Below, piece after piece: positions 1 through 9,632 of a stretch of DNA of 39,875 nucleotides (positions are counted from its first letter, which is position 1; the number at the start of each line of letters is the position of its first letter). Where the stretch lies: NCBI GenBank assembly GCA_023247575.1, contig JAHFGE010000004.1, forward strand, positions 1 to 39,875. The letters are read 5' to 3'. The stretch comes from Candidatus Omnitrophota bacterium (GTDB lineage: Bacteria > Omnitrophota > Gorgyraeia > Zapsychrales > Fredricksoniimonadaceae). Under the pieces are notes generated by a model. That model worked only from the letters and a program-made list of their open reading frames with translations. It was not told the DNA's origin and did no database searches. A program made the position numbers and the translations under genes.

Positions 1-883
1 GGGTATCGTGCGGCAATTCTTCAAATCCTGCCACCGCATCTGTGCTATGAAGATATTCATAAAGTTTGGAGGTGTTCCAATACCGGCGATGGTCCATAAA
101 CCCGTGGGCTCCCATACCTAAACCGATATACTCTCCTCCCTGCCAGTAATTTTTATTATGCCGTGACTGAAAACCATCCTTGGCAAAATTGCTGATCTCA
201 TATTGTTGAAATCCATACTCTTTAAGGATTTCTATCACTTCTTGATAATGCTGTGCTATTTTCTCTTCATCGTCGAGCTTGAGGCCTTGAGCATAAAAGC
301 GGCTTTGGGGTTCGATCGTCAAAGTATATAACGACAGATGCTCGCCGCCTAAAGAGGCCATCGCCGCAACATCCGTATGTAATTCATCTTCTGTTTGGGA
401 AGGAAAGGCGTACATCAAATCCAGATTGATATTATCAAATCCGTTCTCTCTTAATAAGGCATAGGCGGCCTTGGCCTGCGTGGTGCTGTGGCGCCGTCCC
501 AGGGATTTCAAGTAATGATCATTGAGGGACTGAATGCCTAAACTGATCCGATTAACGCCCCATTGTTTGATAGCTTTAGCTTTTTCTTGATCCATGCTTT
601 CAGGATTAACTTCCAATGTAATTTCACATTTGCTGTCTAAAGAAAAATATTTGTTTACTATTTGCATTAATCGCCCGAGCTGTGTGGCCGATAACAGCGA
701 CGGTGTGCCGCCGCCTATATAAACGGTATCCAGATGCGCCCCCTGATAATGTTCGGCCTCCTGCTCCAATCGGTTTAAATAATCATCGGCGTAATGCATT
801 TGCGCCACCGCAATAGGAAACGAACAGAATAAACATTTGTGCGAACAAAAGGGAATATGAATATAAATGGAAGCAGCTTTCAT
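1..883 (-). CDS. hemW: Radical-SAM HemW/HemN-family protein (coproporphyrinogen-III oxidase-like), 3' end cut by window edge
   Basis: Absent from the ORF track because it runs off the window. My translation from the ATG (complement of 881-883) reads MKAASIYIHIPFCSHKCLFCSFPIAV...DTVYIGGGTPS. This has the CxxxCxxC radical-SAM motif and a GGGTPS box. The frame is open down to position 2. Confidence 0.8.
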   Translation of the reverse strand, partial: MKAASIYIHIPFCSHKCLFCSFPIAVAQMHYADDYLNRLEQEAEHYQGAHLDTVYIGGGTPSLLSATQLGRLMQIVNKYFSLDSKCEITLEVNPESMDQEKAKAIKQWGVNRISLGIQSLNDHYLKSLGRRHSTTQAKAAYALLRENGFDNINLDLMYAFPSQTEDELHTDVAAMASLGGEHLSLYTLTIEPQSRFYAQGLKLDDEEKIAQHYQEVIEILKEYGFQQYEISNFAKDGFQSRHNKNYWQGGEYIGLGMGAHGFMDHRRYWNTSKLYEYLHSTDAVAGFEELPHDT

Positions 884-1049
884 AGGATGGTCATAAAAAT
901 TTTTAAAATTTTTTTTGCATAACCTCATGCATATGTTACTATCTTATTAACAAATCAATCCTTAAGAAAGGAGAGAGAAGATGGCAAAGAAAAAAAAGAG
1001 AACAGCCAAAAGGAAATAGGATCTGTTTTCGCTTTTCATTGACATAAAG

Positions 1050-1073
1050 CCCTCTGGATGATCAGAGGGTTTT
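1050..1073. terminator. Hairpin ccctctg-N6-cagaggg followed by TTTT on the + strand, overlapping the tatC stop
   Basis: Read directly: 1050-1056 pairs with 1063-1069, with a T-run at 1070-1073. It lies at the 3' end of the minus-strand tatAC unit. Confidence 0.35.
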
Positions 1074-1772
1074 ATGTTTAGATGTTATCCTCACAAAAAT
1101 AATCCCTACCTCATACAAAATAATCAATGGCACGGCCAATAAAACCTGCGAGACAACATCCGGCGGCGTAACAATAGCGGCCACAATCAAAATAATCATG
1201 ATGGCATGGCGGCGTTTCTGCCGTAAAAATTCAGGCGTAGCAATCCCTATCTTGGCCAGGAAGGCTAAAATCAAAGGTAACTCAAACGTCACTCCAAAAG
1301 CGATCAACATGTTCGCCAAAAATCCCATGTAATGGCTGACCGTAATCATCGGCTGCATAGAGGGGGAAGAAAAACTCATCAGAAACCTGTAGGTCAAAGG
1401 AATACCAACAAAGTAAGAAAAAGCCACACCTAAAAGAAAAAACAACAAAGATAAGGGGCCAAAGAGTGCCACGAATTTTTTCTCATGAGGCCGCAGGGCC
1501 ACGCCCACGAAGACCCACACCTGATACAGTGTCCAGGGAAAGGAAATCAAAAACCCCATGACAGCGGCCAGCGTCATATAGGCACCAAAAGCTTCGGTGG
1601 GTGCAGTATAAATTAAATGTCCGGCAGGTTTGATGATCCATGGCAGAATTCTTCCTACAAAATTATAACAGGCCAGTGTGGCTATGATAAAACCAAGCAG
1701 GATTTTAATCAGCCGTTGGCGCAGTTCATCCACATGGATTAAAAACGATTGAAAGGATGCGGGAAATTTCAC
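1062..1772 (-). CDS. tatC: Twin-arginine translocase subunit TatC
   Basis: 236 aa polytopic membrane protein with the N-terminal HVDELRQRL box typical of TatC. GTG start overlaps the tatA stop (GTGA). Confidence 0.9.
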   Translation of the reverse strand: MKFPASFQSFLIHVDELRQRLIKILLGFIIATLACYNFVGRILPWIIKPAGHLIYTAPTEAFGAYMTLAAVMGFLISFPWTLYQVWVFVGVALRPHEKKFVALFGPLSLLFFLLGVAFSYFVGIPLTYRFLMSFSSPSMQPMITVSHYMGFLANMLIAFGVTFELPLILAFLAKIGIATPEFLRQKRRHAIMIILIVAAIVTPPDVVSQVLLAVPLIILYEVGIIFVRITSKHKTL

Positions 1773-1969
1773 TTCGGGTTCTGGTCAGCCGGTTTTCCGA
1801 CTCCCTGATCTTTTTCAGAGTCGGTTTCTTCCTCAACATCTCGCAGATTCTTTTTGAACTCGCGAATAGCTTTTCCAATAGCCGCTCCTATTTCCGGTAA
1901 TCTCTGAGCGCCAAAAAGCAAAACAAATACAATCAAAATTAAAATCAGTTCGCCTGTACGTCCACCCAT
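1769..1969 (-). CDS. tatA: Twin-arginine translocase subunit TatA/E
   Basis: Internal ATG at 1969 gives MGGRTGELILILIVFVLLFGAQRLPEIGAAIGKAIREFKK, the canonical TatA TM plus amphipathic helix. AAGGAG SD lies 9 nt upstream. The longer track ORF (to 2038) reads through intergenic hairpins. Confidence 0.88.
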   Translation of the reverse strand: MGGRTGELILILIVFVLLFGAQRLPEIGAAIGKAIREFKKNLRDVEEETDSEKDQGVGKPADQNPK

Positions 1970-1989
1970 AACATCACGCTCCTTAATTT

Positions 1990-2099
1990 GTCCCGACGTT
2001 ATGTCGGGACGAATTAATCCCGACCCCGCTTCTTGCATTCTGCAAGAATGCAGCGGGGGAGGGATCTACAATTCTGTTTTATTGTATAAGCTCCTCCCC
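1990..2099. other. Cluster of three stem-loops in the ABC-tatA spacer
   Basis: gtcccgac-gttat-gtcgggac (1990-2010). ccccgct..cttgca-ttc-tgcaag..agcgggg (2024-2058). ggggagg-N30-cctcccc (2056-2099, shares the G-run with the second). Confidence 0.4.
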
Positions 2100-2140
2100 G
2101 CCCCGACAAGGGAAATTTATCTCCCAGCCAAACGAATGAA

Positions 2141-3754
2141 TTACTCAGAAAGACGGATGATGACGCCTTTACGCCTTGCACGGGTATAGGCATGGTCCAG
2201 CAGGCGCAGGGAGATGATTGAATAGAGTAAGGCCAAGGCAAGTCCAGCCAATAAAGGGCATGCAGTATGGGCGCTAAACCCATACGATTGGCGGAAAAAT
2301 TCCAGAAAATGGGTCATCGGTACCAGCAAAGCTAAATTTTGGAAAAACGCAGGCAAGACATTAACCGGATAATAAATCCCGCATAGAATCATAAATAAAT
2401 GCGCAAACATCCAAGCCGTGATCTCCACCTTCTGGCCAAAAGATAGAATCAGAATATTGACCATAATACCTAGAATCAAGGCGCACAAAAAAAGCCCCAG
2501 CAGAAACCAGACCGTAACAAAAAATCCAGGCAAATGAAAACCGAACCCCCACGTGGCGGCAAGGGCCAGCAAGGTAAAAGCAATAAATCCCCGTAAAATT
2601 CCTACCAGCCAAGTACCAAATACCCCCTCAGTTACTCCTACCGGTGCCAGTAAGGTGTGTTTGAGACTTTTAGACCACAACTCGTAAAGCACGGTATAGC
2701 CTACATCCAGCTGAGTGATCTGCAAAATCCCCGCCGCCAATGCTCCCGTCATAATAAAGTTGAGGGTTTGCCCTCCTAAATTAATAAATTTGGCCATCAG
2801 GCCTATGGAAACCAGGCTAATGAGCGGCCAGAAAAACACATCGGTCATCACAAATAAATTGCGAGAGGCAAAAATAAGGCTGCGATAGGTAAAGGCAAAG
2901 CTGCGCTTGAACCAATCAGACAAACTGCTGTCGTCCTTGAATACCTTTCCAGGGCCGGATCCTGTCAAAAGTGGAGATTTAACCGGTTGTCCCTGATTAC
3001 TAACCGTCCCTGCTAATTGAATAAAAACCTGTTCCAGATCGTCGGTATTATGTAAACGTTTTAATTCTTCAATAAACTTAAGTTTAATGATCTGTCCCTT
3101 TTGAATAAAGGCTACTCTCTGGCACAATTCTTCAACTTCAGCCATATTATGGCTGGTCAACAGCACCGTGACTTTACGTTTGTGAAGAATTTCACGGATA
3201 ATCTGGCGAGTTTTTAAAGCCACGTCGGGATCAAGGCCGAGGGTTGGTTCATCTAAAAAAAGAATTTTGGGATCATTGAGCAAAGACTTGGCCAGAGACA
3301 AACGCTGCTTGGTCCCCGAGGAAAGTTCATCAAAACGCTGGCCCGCATAATCTTTGAGGTAAAACAATTCCATCACTTCCTCAACCTTGTGCTGTAAACC
3401 GATCCCCGACAAACCATAGAGCCATGCATAAAATTTTAAATTCTCCTCGACGGTCAGACTGAAGGCATAATTGGGATAGCCCGAGGACATATTGATGAGA
3501 CGGCGGATGGCGGAAAAATTCTCTCTTCTCGATTCGATGCCTCGAATTTCAATCCGGCCGCTGTCAGGCAATAACAGTGTCGAAAGGGTATTTAAAAACG
3601 TGGTCTTGCCGGCTCCATTGGGCCCCAGGATGCCTAAAATTTCCCCTTCTTCAACATCCAAATCGATACCGTCCAAAGCACGGATGATGTTTCCTGATGG
3701 AGAATACGAACGGAAAGTCTTTTTTAAGGCACAGACCTGAATGATGGGGGGCAT
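2141..3754 (-). CDS. ABC-2 type exporter, fused ATP-binding and permease domains
   Basis: N-terminal Walker A GPNGAGKTT, signature LSSGTKQR and Walker B LFLDEPTLGLD. The C-terminal ~260 aa are a multi-TM ABC-2 permease-like region. Confidence 0.85.
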   Translation of the reverse strand: MPPIIQVCALKKTFRSYSPSGNIIRALDGIDLDVEEGEILGILGPNGAGKTTFLNTLSTLLLPDSGRIEIRGIESRRENFSAIRRLINMSSGYPNYAFSLTVEENLKFYAWLYGLSGIGLQHKVEEVMELFYLKDYAGQRFDELSSGTKQRLSLAKSLLNDPKILFLDEPTLGLDPDVALKTRQIIREILHKRKVTVLLTSHNMAEVEELCQRVAFIQKGQIIKLKFIEELKRLHNTDDLEQVFIQLAGTVSNQGQPVKSPLLTGSGPGKVFKDDSSLSDWFKRSFAFTYRSLIFASRNLFVMTDVFFWPLISLVSIGLMAKFINLGGQTLNFIMTGALAAGILQITQLDVGYTVLYELWSKSLKHTLLAPVGVTEGVFGTWLVGILRGFIAFTLLALAATWGFGFHLPGFFVTVWFLLGLFLCALILGIMVNILILSFGQKVEITAWMFAHLFMILCGIYYPVNVLPAFFQNLALLVPMTHFLEFFRQSYGFSAHTACPLLAGLALALLYSIISLRLLDHAYTRARRKGVIIRLSE

Positions 3755-5013
3755 AAAAGGGCAAACATTTTCTTTTTGTAAGCTTCCACGCCTGGCTGAT
3801 CAAAAGGATTGACGCCCAGAAGATAACCGGAGATGGCTACGGCTTTTTCAAAAAAGTAAAACAGGTGGCCTAAATGAAAAACATCCGCCTGGCAAAGGCC
3901 GATGGTCATGTTGGGCACCCCGCCTTCAAAATGGGCAGCAGCGGTAGCTTCATAAGCTTTCTTATTGACGAAATCAAAACTTTTGTCCGCCACATAATTA
4001 AACCCATCCAAATTATCCGCCTCATGGGGAATAAGTACATCATGTTGGGGCTTATCCATGGCAATAAATGTTTCGAAGATATTGCGTTCCCCCTCCTGCA
4101 TTTGCTGTCCCATAGAGTGTAAGTCCGTCGAGAAAATCATGGAAGCAGGAAAAATGCCTTTGCCGTTTTTGCCTTCGCTTTCACCAAAAAGCTGTTTGAG
4201 CCATTCTCCGACATAATGCGCCTGAGGATAAAAGGAAGAAAATACCTCGATCTTTTTGCCCTTACGATAAAGAATGTTACGGATGGCGGCATAGCGATAG
4301 CAGTTATTTTTATTCAAATCGGCTTCTTTGTATTCCTGCTGGCCTTTTTGCGCCCCTTCCACCAACGATTGCACGTCAACCCCGGCCAAAGCCAGAGGAA
4401 CAAGCCCGACGGGGGTTAACACCGAAAAGCGCCCGCCAACATCATCGGGGATGACAAAGGAACGATAACCTCCCTTGTCGGCAATTTGGCGCAGAGCTCC
4501 CTTTTTAGAATCCGTCACACAAATAATACGTTTTGTTAATTCCGAGGGGCCACATTGAGCTTCCAAGAATTTTTTTACCGCTCGAAAAGCAATGGCCGGC
4601 TCCGTGGTCGTCCCGGATTTAGAAATAACAACTACACCTGGCCGTTTACCTTTAAGGGTTTCAAAAAGGTTATACAAATAATCGCTGGAAATGTTGTGAC
4701 CAGCATAATAAACAGGGATTTTAGATGCATGGCCCAAAAATTCCATGGCAGCCCGAATCCCCAAATAGGACCCCCCAATGCCAATGGATACCAGACAATC
4801 ACAATGTTGTTGGATCTGGGCCGCTAAAGACTGTAATTCTTTTAAAAAATTTTTCTGTATTTGGGAAGGCAACTCGAGCCAGCCGATAAATTCCGATCCC
4901 TTGCCTTTTTTCCCATGCAGATCTGCATGGGCCTTGGCAACGGCAGGAGAAATCTTTTTAATATCTTCCTCGTTAACAAAACCTTTCAGGTATTGGGTAT
5001 GAAAAGAAATCAT
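3724..5013 (-). CDS. pgi: Glucose-6-phosphate isomerase
   Basis: 429 aa with the SIS-domain motifs GIGGSYLG and SKSGTTTE and the C-terminal DQPGVEAYKK. Overlaps mnmA by ATGA. Confidence 0.9.
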   Translation of the reverse strand: MISFHTQYLKGFVNEEDIKKISPAVAKAHADLHGKKGKGSEFIGWLELPSQIQKNFLKELQSLAAQIQQHCDCLVSIGIGGSYLGIRAAMEFLGHASKIPVYYAGHNISSDYLYNLFETLKGKRPGVVVISKSGTTTEPAIAFRAVKKFLEAQCGPSELTKRIICVTDSKKGALRQIADKGGYRSFVIPDDVGGRFSVLTPVGLVPLALAGVDVQSLVEGAQKGQQEYKEADLNKNNCYRYAAIRNILYRKGKKIEVFSSFYPQAHYVGEWLKQLFGESEGKNGKGIFPASMIFSTDLHSMGQQMQEGERNIFETFIAMDKPQHDVLIPHEADNLDGFNYVADKSFDFVNKKAYEATAAAHFEGGVPNMTIGLCQADVFHLGHLFYFFEKAVAISGYLLGVNPFDQPGVEAYKKKMFALLCPPSFRSVP

Positions 5014-6101
5014 GGGGATAGACTTTGGTCGATGATTGCTCCGCCTAGCACCACGTCATCTCGATAAAACACCACCGACTGTCCTGGTGTGACGGATTTT
5101 TGAGGCTGAGCAAATTCCAGACGCACATGGGCCTGGTCCAAAACTGTCAACTGAGCTTGCACTTCGGGAGAATTATAACGAATTCTAGCCATGACTTCTA
5201 TGGTTTCTTTGGGAATTTCCATACTGACCCAGTTGGTTTGGCTGGCGATAAGCCCTTTGGAATAAAGTTTATCCAAGCCTGCGATGTACACCGTATTGGT
5301 CTTGGCATCAATACGGTAAACATAAACGGGGTAACCTAAGGCGAGCCCCAGCTTATCACGCTGGCCAACGGTGTAATAAGCAATGCCTTTGTGCTGGCCC
5401 ACCACCCTGTTTTGATCATCCACAAAATTTCCCGGAATCATGGCTTCTTGGCCCACCCGGTCTTCTAGGAATTTCTTGTAGCCTGCAGCCGGTACAAAAC
5501 AGATATCCTGGCTTTCGGGTTTCTCGGCGGTATTTAGCTTATATTTGCGGGCTAGGTCCCGCACCTGAGGTTTAGTCAAACCTCCCAGAGGAAAAAGCAC
5601 CGATGGCAAAGTTTCCTTAGCCATGCTGTAAAGAAAATAGGACTGATCCTTCTGGCTGTCGGTGGCTTTTTTTAGCTCAAATCGATGATTGTTCTGATTG
5701 AATTCGATTCTACCGTAATGGCCGGTGGCAATATAGTCTGCTCCTAAAGATTTCACTTTGCTGTAAAGCGTACCGAACTTCAAATGCTGATTACAGCGCA
5801 CGCAAGGGTTTGGAGTGCGGCCGCTTAAATATTCTTTAGTAAAATCCTCGATGATGTAATCATTAATGTCAGCGGCAAAATTAAACACATAGTGAGGGAT
5901 ATCTAAAATTTCCGCAGCTCGTTTGGCATCGCTAATACCCTCAACCCCACAACAGGATGCACGGCCGTCGTTATGAGTGATATTAAAACACATGGTCACC
6001 CCAACGGTGTTATAGCCAGATTCTTTAATTAAGCCTGCTACCACCGAAGAATCCACTCCGCCGGACATGGCGACGAAAACTGTTCTTTTATTATTATCCA
6101 T
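5010..6101 (-). CDS. mnmA: tRNA 2-thiouridine(34) synthase MnmA
   Basis: PP-loop VAMSGGVDSSV, catalytic NPCVRCN and conserved DQSYFL. Confidence 0.92.
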   Translation of the reverse strand: MDNNKRTVFVAMSGGVDSSVVAGLIKESGYNTVGVTMCFNITHNDGRASCCGVEGISDAKRAAEILDIPHYVFNFAADINDYIIEDFTKEYLSGRTPNPCVRCNQHLKFGTLYSKVKSLGADYIATGHYGRIEFNQNNHRFELKKATDSQKDQSYFLYSMAKETLPSVLFPLGGLTKPQVRDLARKYKLNTAEKPESQDICFVPAAGYKKFLEDRVGQEAMIPGNFVDDQNRVVGQHKGIAYYTVGQRDKLGLALGYPVYVYRIDAKTNTVYIAGLDKLYSKGLIASQTNWVSMEIPKETIEVMARIRYNSPEVQAQLTVLDQAHVRLEFAQPQKSVTPGQSVVFYRDDVVLGGAIIDQSLSP

Positions 6102-7401
6102 AAAAATCCCCGCCCGTAATTTCTTTAATGACCCTATACGTCGACATCAACAGGTATTCCAATTCATCCATCTTAATAACCAACGGTGGCAAAATAACCA
6201 CCACATTCCCTAACGGCCGCAAAATAACCCCATATTGACGCGCTGCCTGACAAACACGCGTCCCCACACGGCCGTCCCAACGTCCTTTTAATTCAATACC
6301 TGCCATAAAACCGCACTGGCGCACTTCTACGACGGAAGGGAGATTATAAAACATCTTTAATTGCTGAGCCAGAAATTTTATTTTAGGGGAGAGCTTCTTT
6401 AAGGTATGCTCTTTTTCAAACACCTCCAGATTGGCCAAGGCTGCCGCACAAGCTAAAGGATTTCCTGTGTAAGTATGTCCGTGAAAAAATGTCTTCTGGT
6501 CTTTATAGTCAAAAACAAAGCCATCATAAATCTTTTGGGTGGTCAGGGTGGCTGCCAACGGCAGATAGCCACCGGTCATCCCTTTGGCCAAGCATAGAAA
6601 GTCAGGGCTGACCGCCTCCTGCTGGCAGGCGAACATTTTTCCTGTGCGGCCAAAGCCAGTGGCGACTTCATCAGCAATCAAAAACACGTCATATTTGGAA
6701 CAGAGTCGACGAAATTCTTTTAACACTCCTTTGGGCCACACCAACATGCCAGCGGCTCCCTGAATCAAGGGCTCAACAACCAACGCCGCCACAGACGGCG
6801 CTTTCTTCTTCAGCAACGTTTCAAAATCATTAACCGCTTGCCAGCCTTGCCCTTTTAAAGCCACCGTCTTAAAAATTAACCCCCGATAGACTTTATGGAA
6901 AAGATCGATGCCCCCGACACTAACAGACCCCAACGTATCACCGTGATAGGAATTTTGTAAATGCACCAAGCTACGCTTATTCTTGTGTCCTGTATTTTGC
7001 CAGTATTGATACGCCATCTTCAAAGCAATTTCCACCGCGGTTGAGCCGTTATCCGAATAGAAAACTTTTTTTAAACCCCTGGGAACAATCTCGATAAGCC
7101 TTTTCGATAATTCCACCGACGCAGTATTCGCTAATCCTAACAAAGTGGAGTGGCTGATTTTGTCGATTTGCCTCTTGATCGCCGCGTCAATCTTTGGATG
7201 GCGATGGCCATGCACATTGACCCATAAAGAGGAAACACCATCGATGTAGCACTTGCCTTCAGTATCGATCAAATAAATACCATCGGCCTTATCAATAATG
7301 AGCGGCTGATTTTGATCCGCCAGCCAATCCTTCATCTGGGTAAAAGGGTGCCAGAGGTAGCGTTTATCCCAGACCTTTAATTGATTTTTAAATTTTGACA
7401 T
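6094..7401 (-). CDS. bioA: Adenosylmethionine-8-amino-7-oxononanoate aminotransferase
   Basis: 435 aa class-III PLP aminotransferase (YHGDT, ADEVATGFGRTG) located in the bio operon. Confidence 0.9.
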   Translation of the reverse strand: MSKFKNQLKVWDKRYLWHPFTQMKDWLADQNQPLIIDKADGIYLIDTEGKCYIDGVSSLWVNVHGHRHPKIDAAIKRQIDKISHSTLLGLANTASVELSKRLIEIVPRGLKKVFYSDNGSTAVEIALKMAYQYWQNTGHKNKRSLVHLQNSYHGDTLGSVSVGGIDLFHKVYRGLIFKTVALKGQGWQAVNDFETLLKKKAPSVAALVVEPLIQGAAGMLVWPKGVLKEFRRLCSKYDVFLIADEVATGFGRTGKMFACQQEAVSPDFLCLAKGMTGGYLPLAATLTTQKIYDGFVFDYKDQKTFFHGHTYTGNPLACAAALANLEVFEKEHTLKKLSPKIKFLAQQLKMFYNLPSVVEVRQCGFMAGIELKGRWDGRVGTRVCQAARQYGVILRPLGNVVVILPPLVIKMDELEYLLMSTYRVIKEITGGDFYG

Positions 7402-8039
7402 TTATTAAATATTTCTTTGGCGGTAAATTTTTTTAAATAGGGGATAATTCCCAAAACATTAACCTTCGATAAACGTCCAATTTCAACAGGATTTGTTTGT
7501 TCCGCGATACCTTTCTTTTTAGGAGTCATGTCGCTAAAAATAATCCCCTTGATTTTAAGTCCGTAGGCTTTAGCCTGGTTAATGGTTAACAGCGTATGGT
7601 TAATGGTCCCTAATCCCAGTCGAGAAACAACAATTACTTCGGCGTTTAATTCACGAATTAAATCGGCATTATAATAGTCCTCGGCCAACGGCACCATCAG
7701 GCCGCCAGCACCCTCGATAAGAATTACATCATGACGATCAGTTAATTGTTTGAAGGCTTCTTTAATTTTTTGAAGGTCAAATTTAATGTTCGAACGCCGC
7801 AGAGCTAAATGAGGTGATAAGGGCTCTGGCGCAAAAATGGGATTGATGAAAGAAATGTCCTCTTGAAGTCCCAACGCTTTCTTAAGAAACTGCGCATCAT
7901 TGCCTGCACATTGCACCGGCTTCATGACCCCGACATTCATGCCCTGCTTTTGCAACAAGAGCCCCAAGATATAGACTGTGATGGTCTTTCCCGCGTTGGT
8001 ATCCGTCGCGGTAATAAATATTGGTTTACGCATGGGCAT
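7377..8039 (-). CDS. bioD: Dethiobiotin synthetase
   Basis: P-loop-like FITATDTNAGKT. I prefer the internal ATG at 8039 (MPMRKPIF...) because the track start at 8075 lies deep inside bioC. Confidence 0.85.
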   Translation of the reverse strand: MPMRKPIFITATDTNAGKTITVYILGLLLQKQGMNVGVMKPVQCAGNDAQFLKKALGLQEDISFINPIFAPEPLSPHLALRRSNIKFDLQKIKEAFKQLTDRHDVILIEGAGGLMVPLAEDYYNADLIRELNAEVIVVSRLGLGTINHTLLTINQAKAYGLKIKGIIFSDMTPKKKGIAEQTNPVEIGRLSKVNVLGIIPYLKKFTAKEIFNKCQNLKIN

Positions 8040-8796
8040 TAATCCAAATAATTTCAAAGGTGATGCGAATGCCATTGTGATAAGGATAATTTTTTAGACA
8101 ATAGGCATTGGCCTTCTCTAAACTGGTGGCTCCTACAAATGCACCATTGGAGAGCACATTAGCGCCGATAGCTTTCAGCCATGTCAAAACCTCCCAGAGG
8201 TCCTTAAACTGAATGTGAATACGTTCATAATCGACGTGGGATTGCCCAAACCCTGCCTGCTTCAGACTTCCTTCGATCTCTTCCATCAAAGGCAAACGGT
8301 TCAGAGGTCCGGCTACACCAACGGCCTGCAAAGAAGCAAACAGTTCTTCACAGGTATAAAACCCAAACAAAGTTGCAGCCAGCACACCTTTTTTGTCTAA
8401 TACTCGATGGACTTCCTGGAAAGCCTGCGATAAATCCAAAACCCATTGATAGGCCAGATTGGAGATGACCACATCCATGCTTTCATCCTTAAAAGGTAAC
8501 CGATGGGCATCGCCACAGATCCAATGGATACCCTCATCTTTTTCTTTGGCCTTAGCCAACATCCCTTCGGAGAAATCCATGCCCGTCACATCGCTTTCAG
8601 GAAAATAAAATTTGGCTTTAGCAGTCAAATAGCCGGTACCGCAACCGACATCGAGAATATGGGTTACCTTGGCCAGGTGTATAATTTTTTGTACCAGTTC
8701 TCGACCGATTTCCCGATGGAGACTGGCTAAAATGTCATATTGGTCAGCAGCCTCAGTAAAGGCTTTGCGGATTTTGTTATTAAGGGTTTGCCACAT
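8026..8796 (-). CDS. bioC: Malonyl-ACP O-methyltransferase
   Basis: SAM-binding motif ILDVGCGTGY, 256 aa, positioned between bioH and bioD. GGAGA SD lies 8 nt upstream. Confidence 0.85.
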   Translation of the reverse strand: MWQTLNNKIRKAFTEAADQYDILASLHREIGRELVQKIIHLAKVTHILDVGCGTGYLTAKAKFYFPESDVTGMDFSEGMLAKAKEKDEGIHWICGDAHRLPFKDESMDVVISNLAYQWVLDLSQAFQEVHRVLDKKGVLAATLFGFYTCEELFASLQAVGVAGPLNRLPLMEEIEGSLKQAGFGQSHVDYERIHIQFKDLWEVLTWLKAIGANVLSNGAFVGATSLEKANAYCLKNYPYHNGIRITFEIIWINAHA

Positions 8797-8809
8797 CGTT
8801 AAATTCTCC

Positions 8810-8838
8810 GTAGAGACGAGGCAATGCCTCGTCTCTAC
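8810..8838. repeat. Perfect 29-nt palindrome gtagagacgaggc-aat-gcctcgtctctac between bioH and bioC
   Basis: Read directly. A 13-bp stem immediately upstream (in the mRNA) of the bioC SD. Confidence 0.9.
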
Positions 8839-8839
8839 A

Positions 8840-9628
8840 TTAATTAATCAAAAAATTCTCCAAGAGATCATTATATTGTTGAGGCTTGGTTAAAAACGGC
8901 AAATGGCCACATCCGTCGATAAAATCCAGACGCGCATGGAGCATATGTTCCTTGAGCCATTCCATCACATCTTTAGGACAAATATAATCCTCGGCGCCGG
9001 TAATAAACTGTACAGGGCAAACAATTGATAAGAGTCGATCACGCAAATCCGTTTTCTCTAAAATATCCAAAAAGGCCTGCAAGGCTTCGCGCCGTGGCAC
9101 TGGCTCATTTTGGCGTAAGCTTTTAAGGTCTTTAAATTTTTTTGACTCCCTTTCCTTCATAGTAAACAGCGAGCGAAAGAAAATATCCAAAATGGAGGCA
9201 TAATCACCATCAAATTGCTCGCTTAAGGTACGAATTTTTTCAATATCAAGCCCTGCCGGGTAAGCGCTGTTTGCCCCGAGCGAAGTCGAGGGGCGGGCGA
9301 ATTTAGGGATCGACCCCACAAAGCTCATGCGATGAATTTGCTCTGGAATCCGACGATAAAGTTCTAAGGCGACTAAGCCCCCCAAAGAACTGGCAACGAT
9401 GTTGATCTGCTGCAAATCCAAAGTTTTTAAAATGTCGTAAAGATCTGTGGCCATTTCAGCAAGAGTTCCCCTTTGCCAAGGGCTTTGCCCGTGCCCAGGC
9501 AAATCGACGGTCAACACCTGATAATCGCTCTCGAAAAAAGCTTTTTGGCCTCGCCACCACTGGCTGCTGCCTGCAAAGCCATGAATAAAAACAAGCGGCT
9601 GGCCTTGACCGGATATTTGATAATACAT
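8840..9628 (-). CDS. bioH: Pimeloyl-ACP methyl ester esterase (alpha/beta hydrolase)
   Basis: 262 aa. HGFAGS oxyanion region, nucleophile elbow ASSLGG, C-terminal GHLPF His, in bio operon context. Confidence 0.8.
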   Translation of the reverse strand: MYYQISGQGQPLVFIHGFAGSSQWWRGQKAFFESDYQVLTVDLPGHGQSPWQRGTLAEMATDLYDILKTLDLQQINIVASSLGGLVALELYRRIPEQIHRMSFVGSIPKFARPSTSLGANSAYPAGLDIEKIRTLSEQFDGDYASILDIFFRSLFTMKERESKKFKDLKSLRQNEPVPRREALQAFLDILEKTDLRDRLLSIVCPVQFITGAEDYICPKDVMEWLKEHMLHARLDFIDGCGHLPFLTKPQQYNDLLENFLIN

Positions 9629-9632
9629 ATTT

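Noticed and set aside
981-1019. 12-codon ORF MAKKKKRTAKRK with an AAGGAGAG SD-like sequence upstream and the 1050-1073 hairpin downstream
   Set aside because: It lies in an A-rich low-complexity spacer that is more simply the T-rich promoter/terminator region of the minus-strand hemW and tatC genes. It is too short to support without conservation or expression data.
2001-2283. Track ORFs 2001-2189 (+) and 2014-2283 (-)
   Set aside because: They read through the intergenic hairpin cluster and the 3' end of the ABC gene. No motifs, and they overlap a confidently identified CDS.
8669-8893. Track ORF 8669-8893 (+) containing VETRQCLVST
   Set aside because: It is antisense to bioC/bioH, and the peptide is simply the translated 29-nt palindrome.
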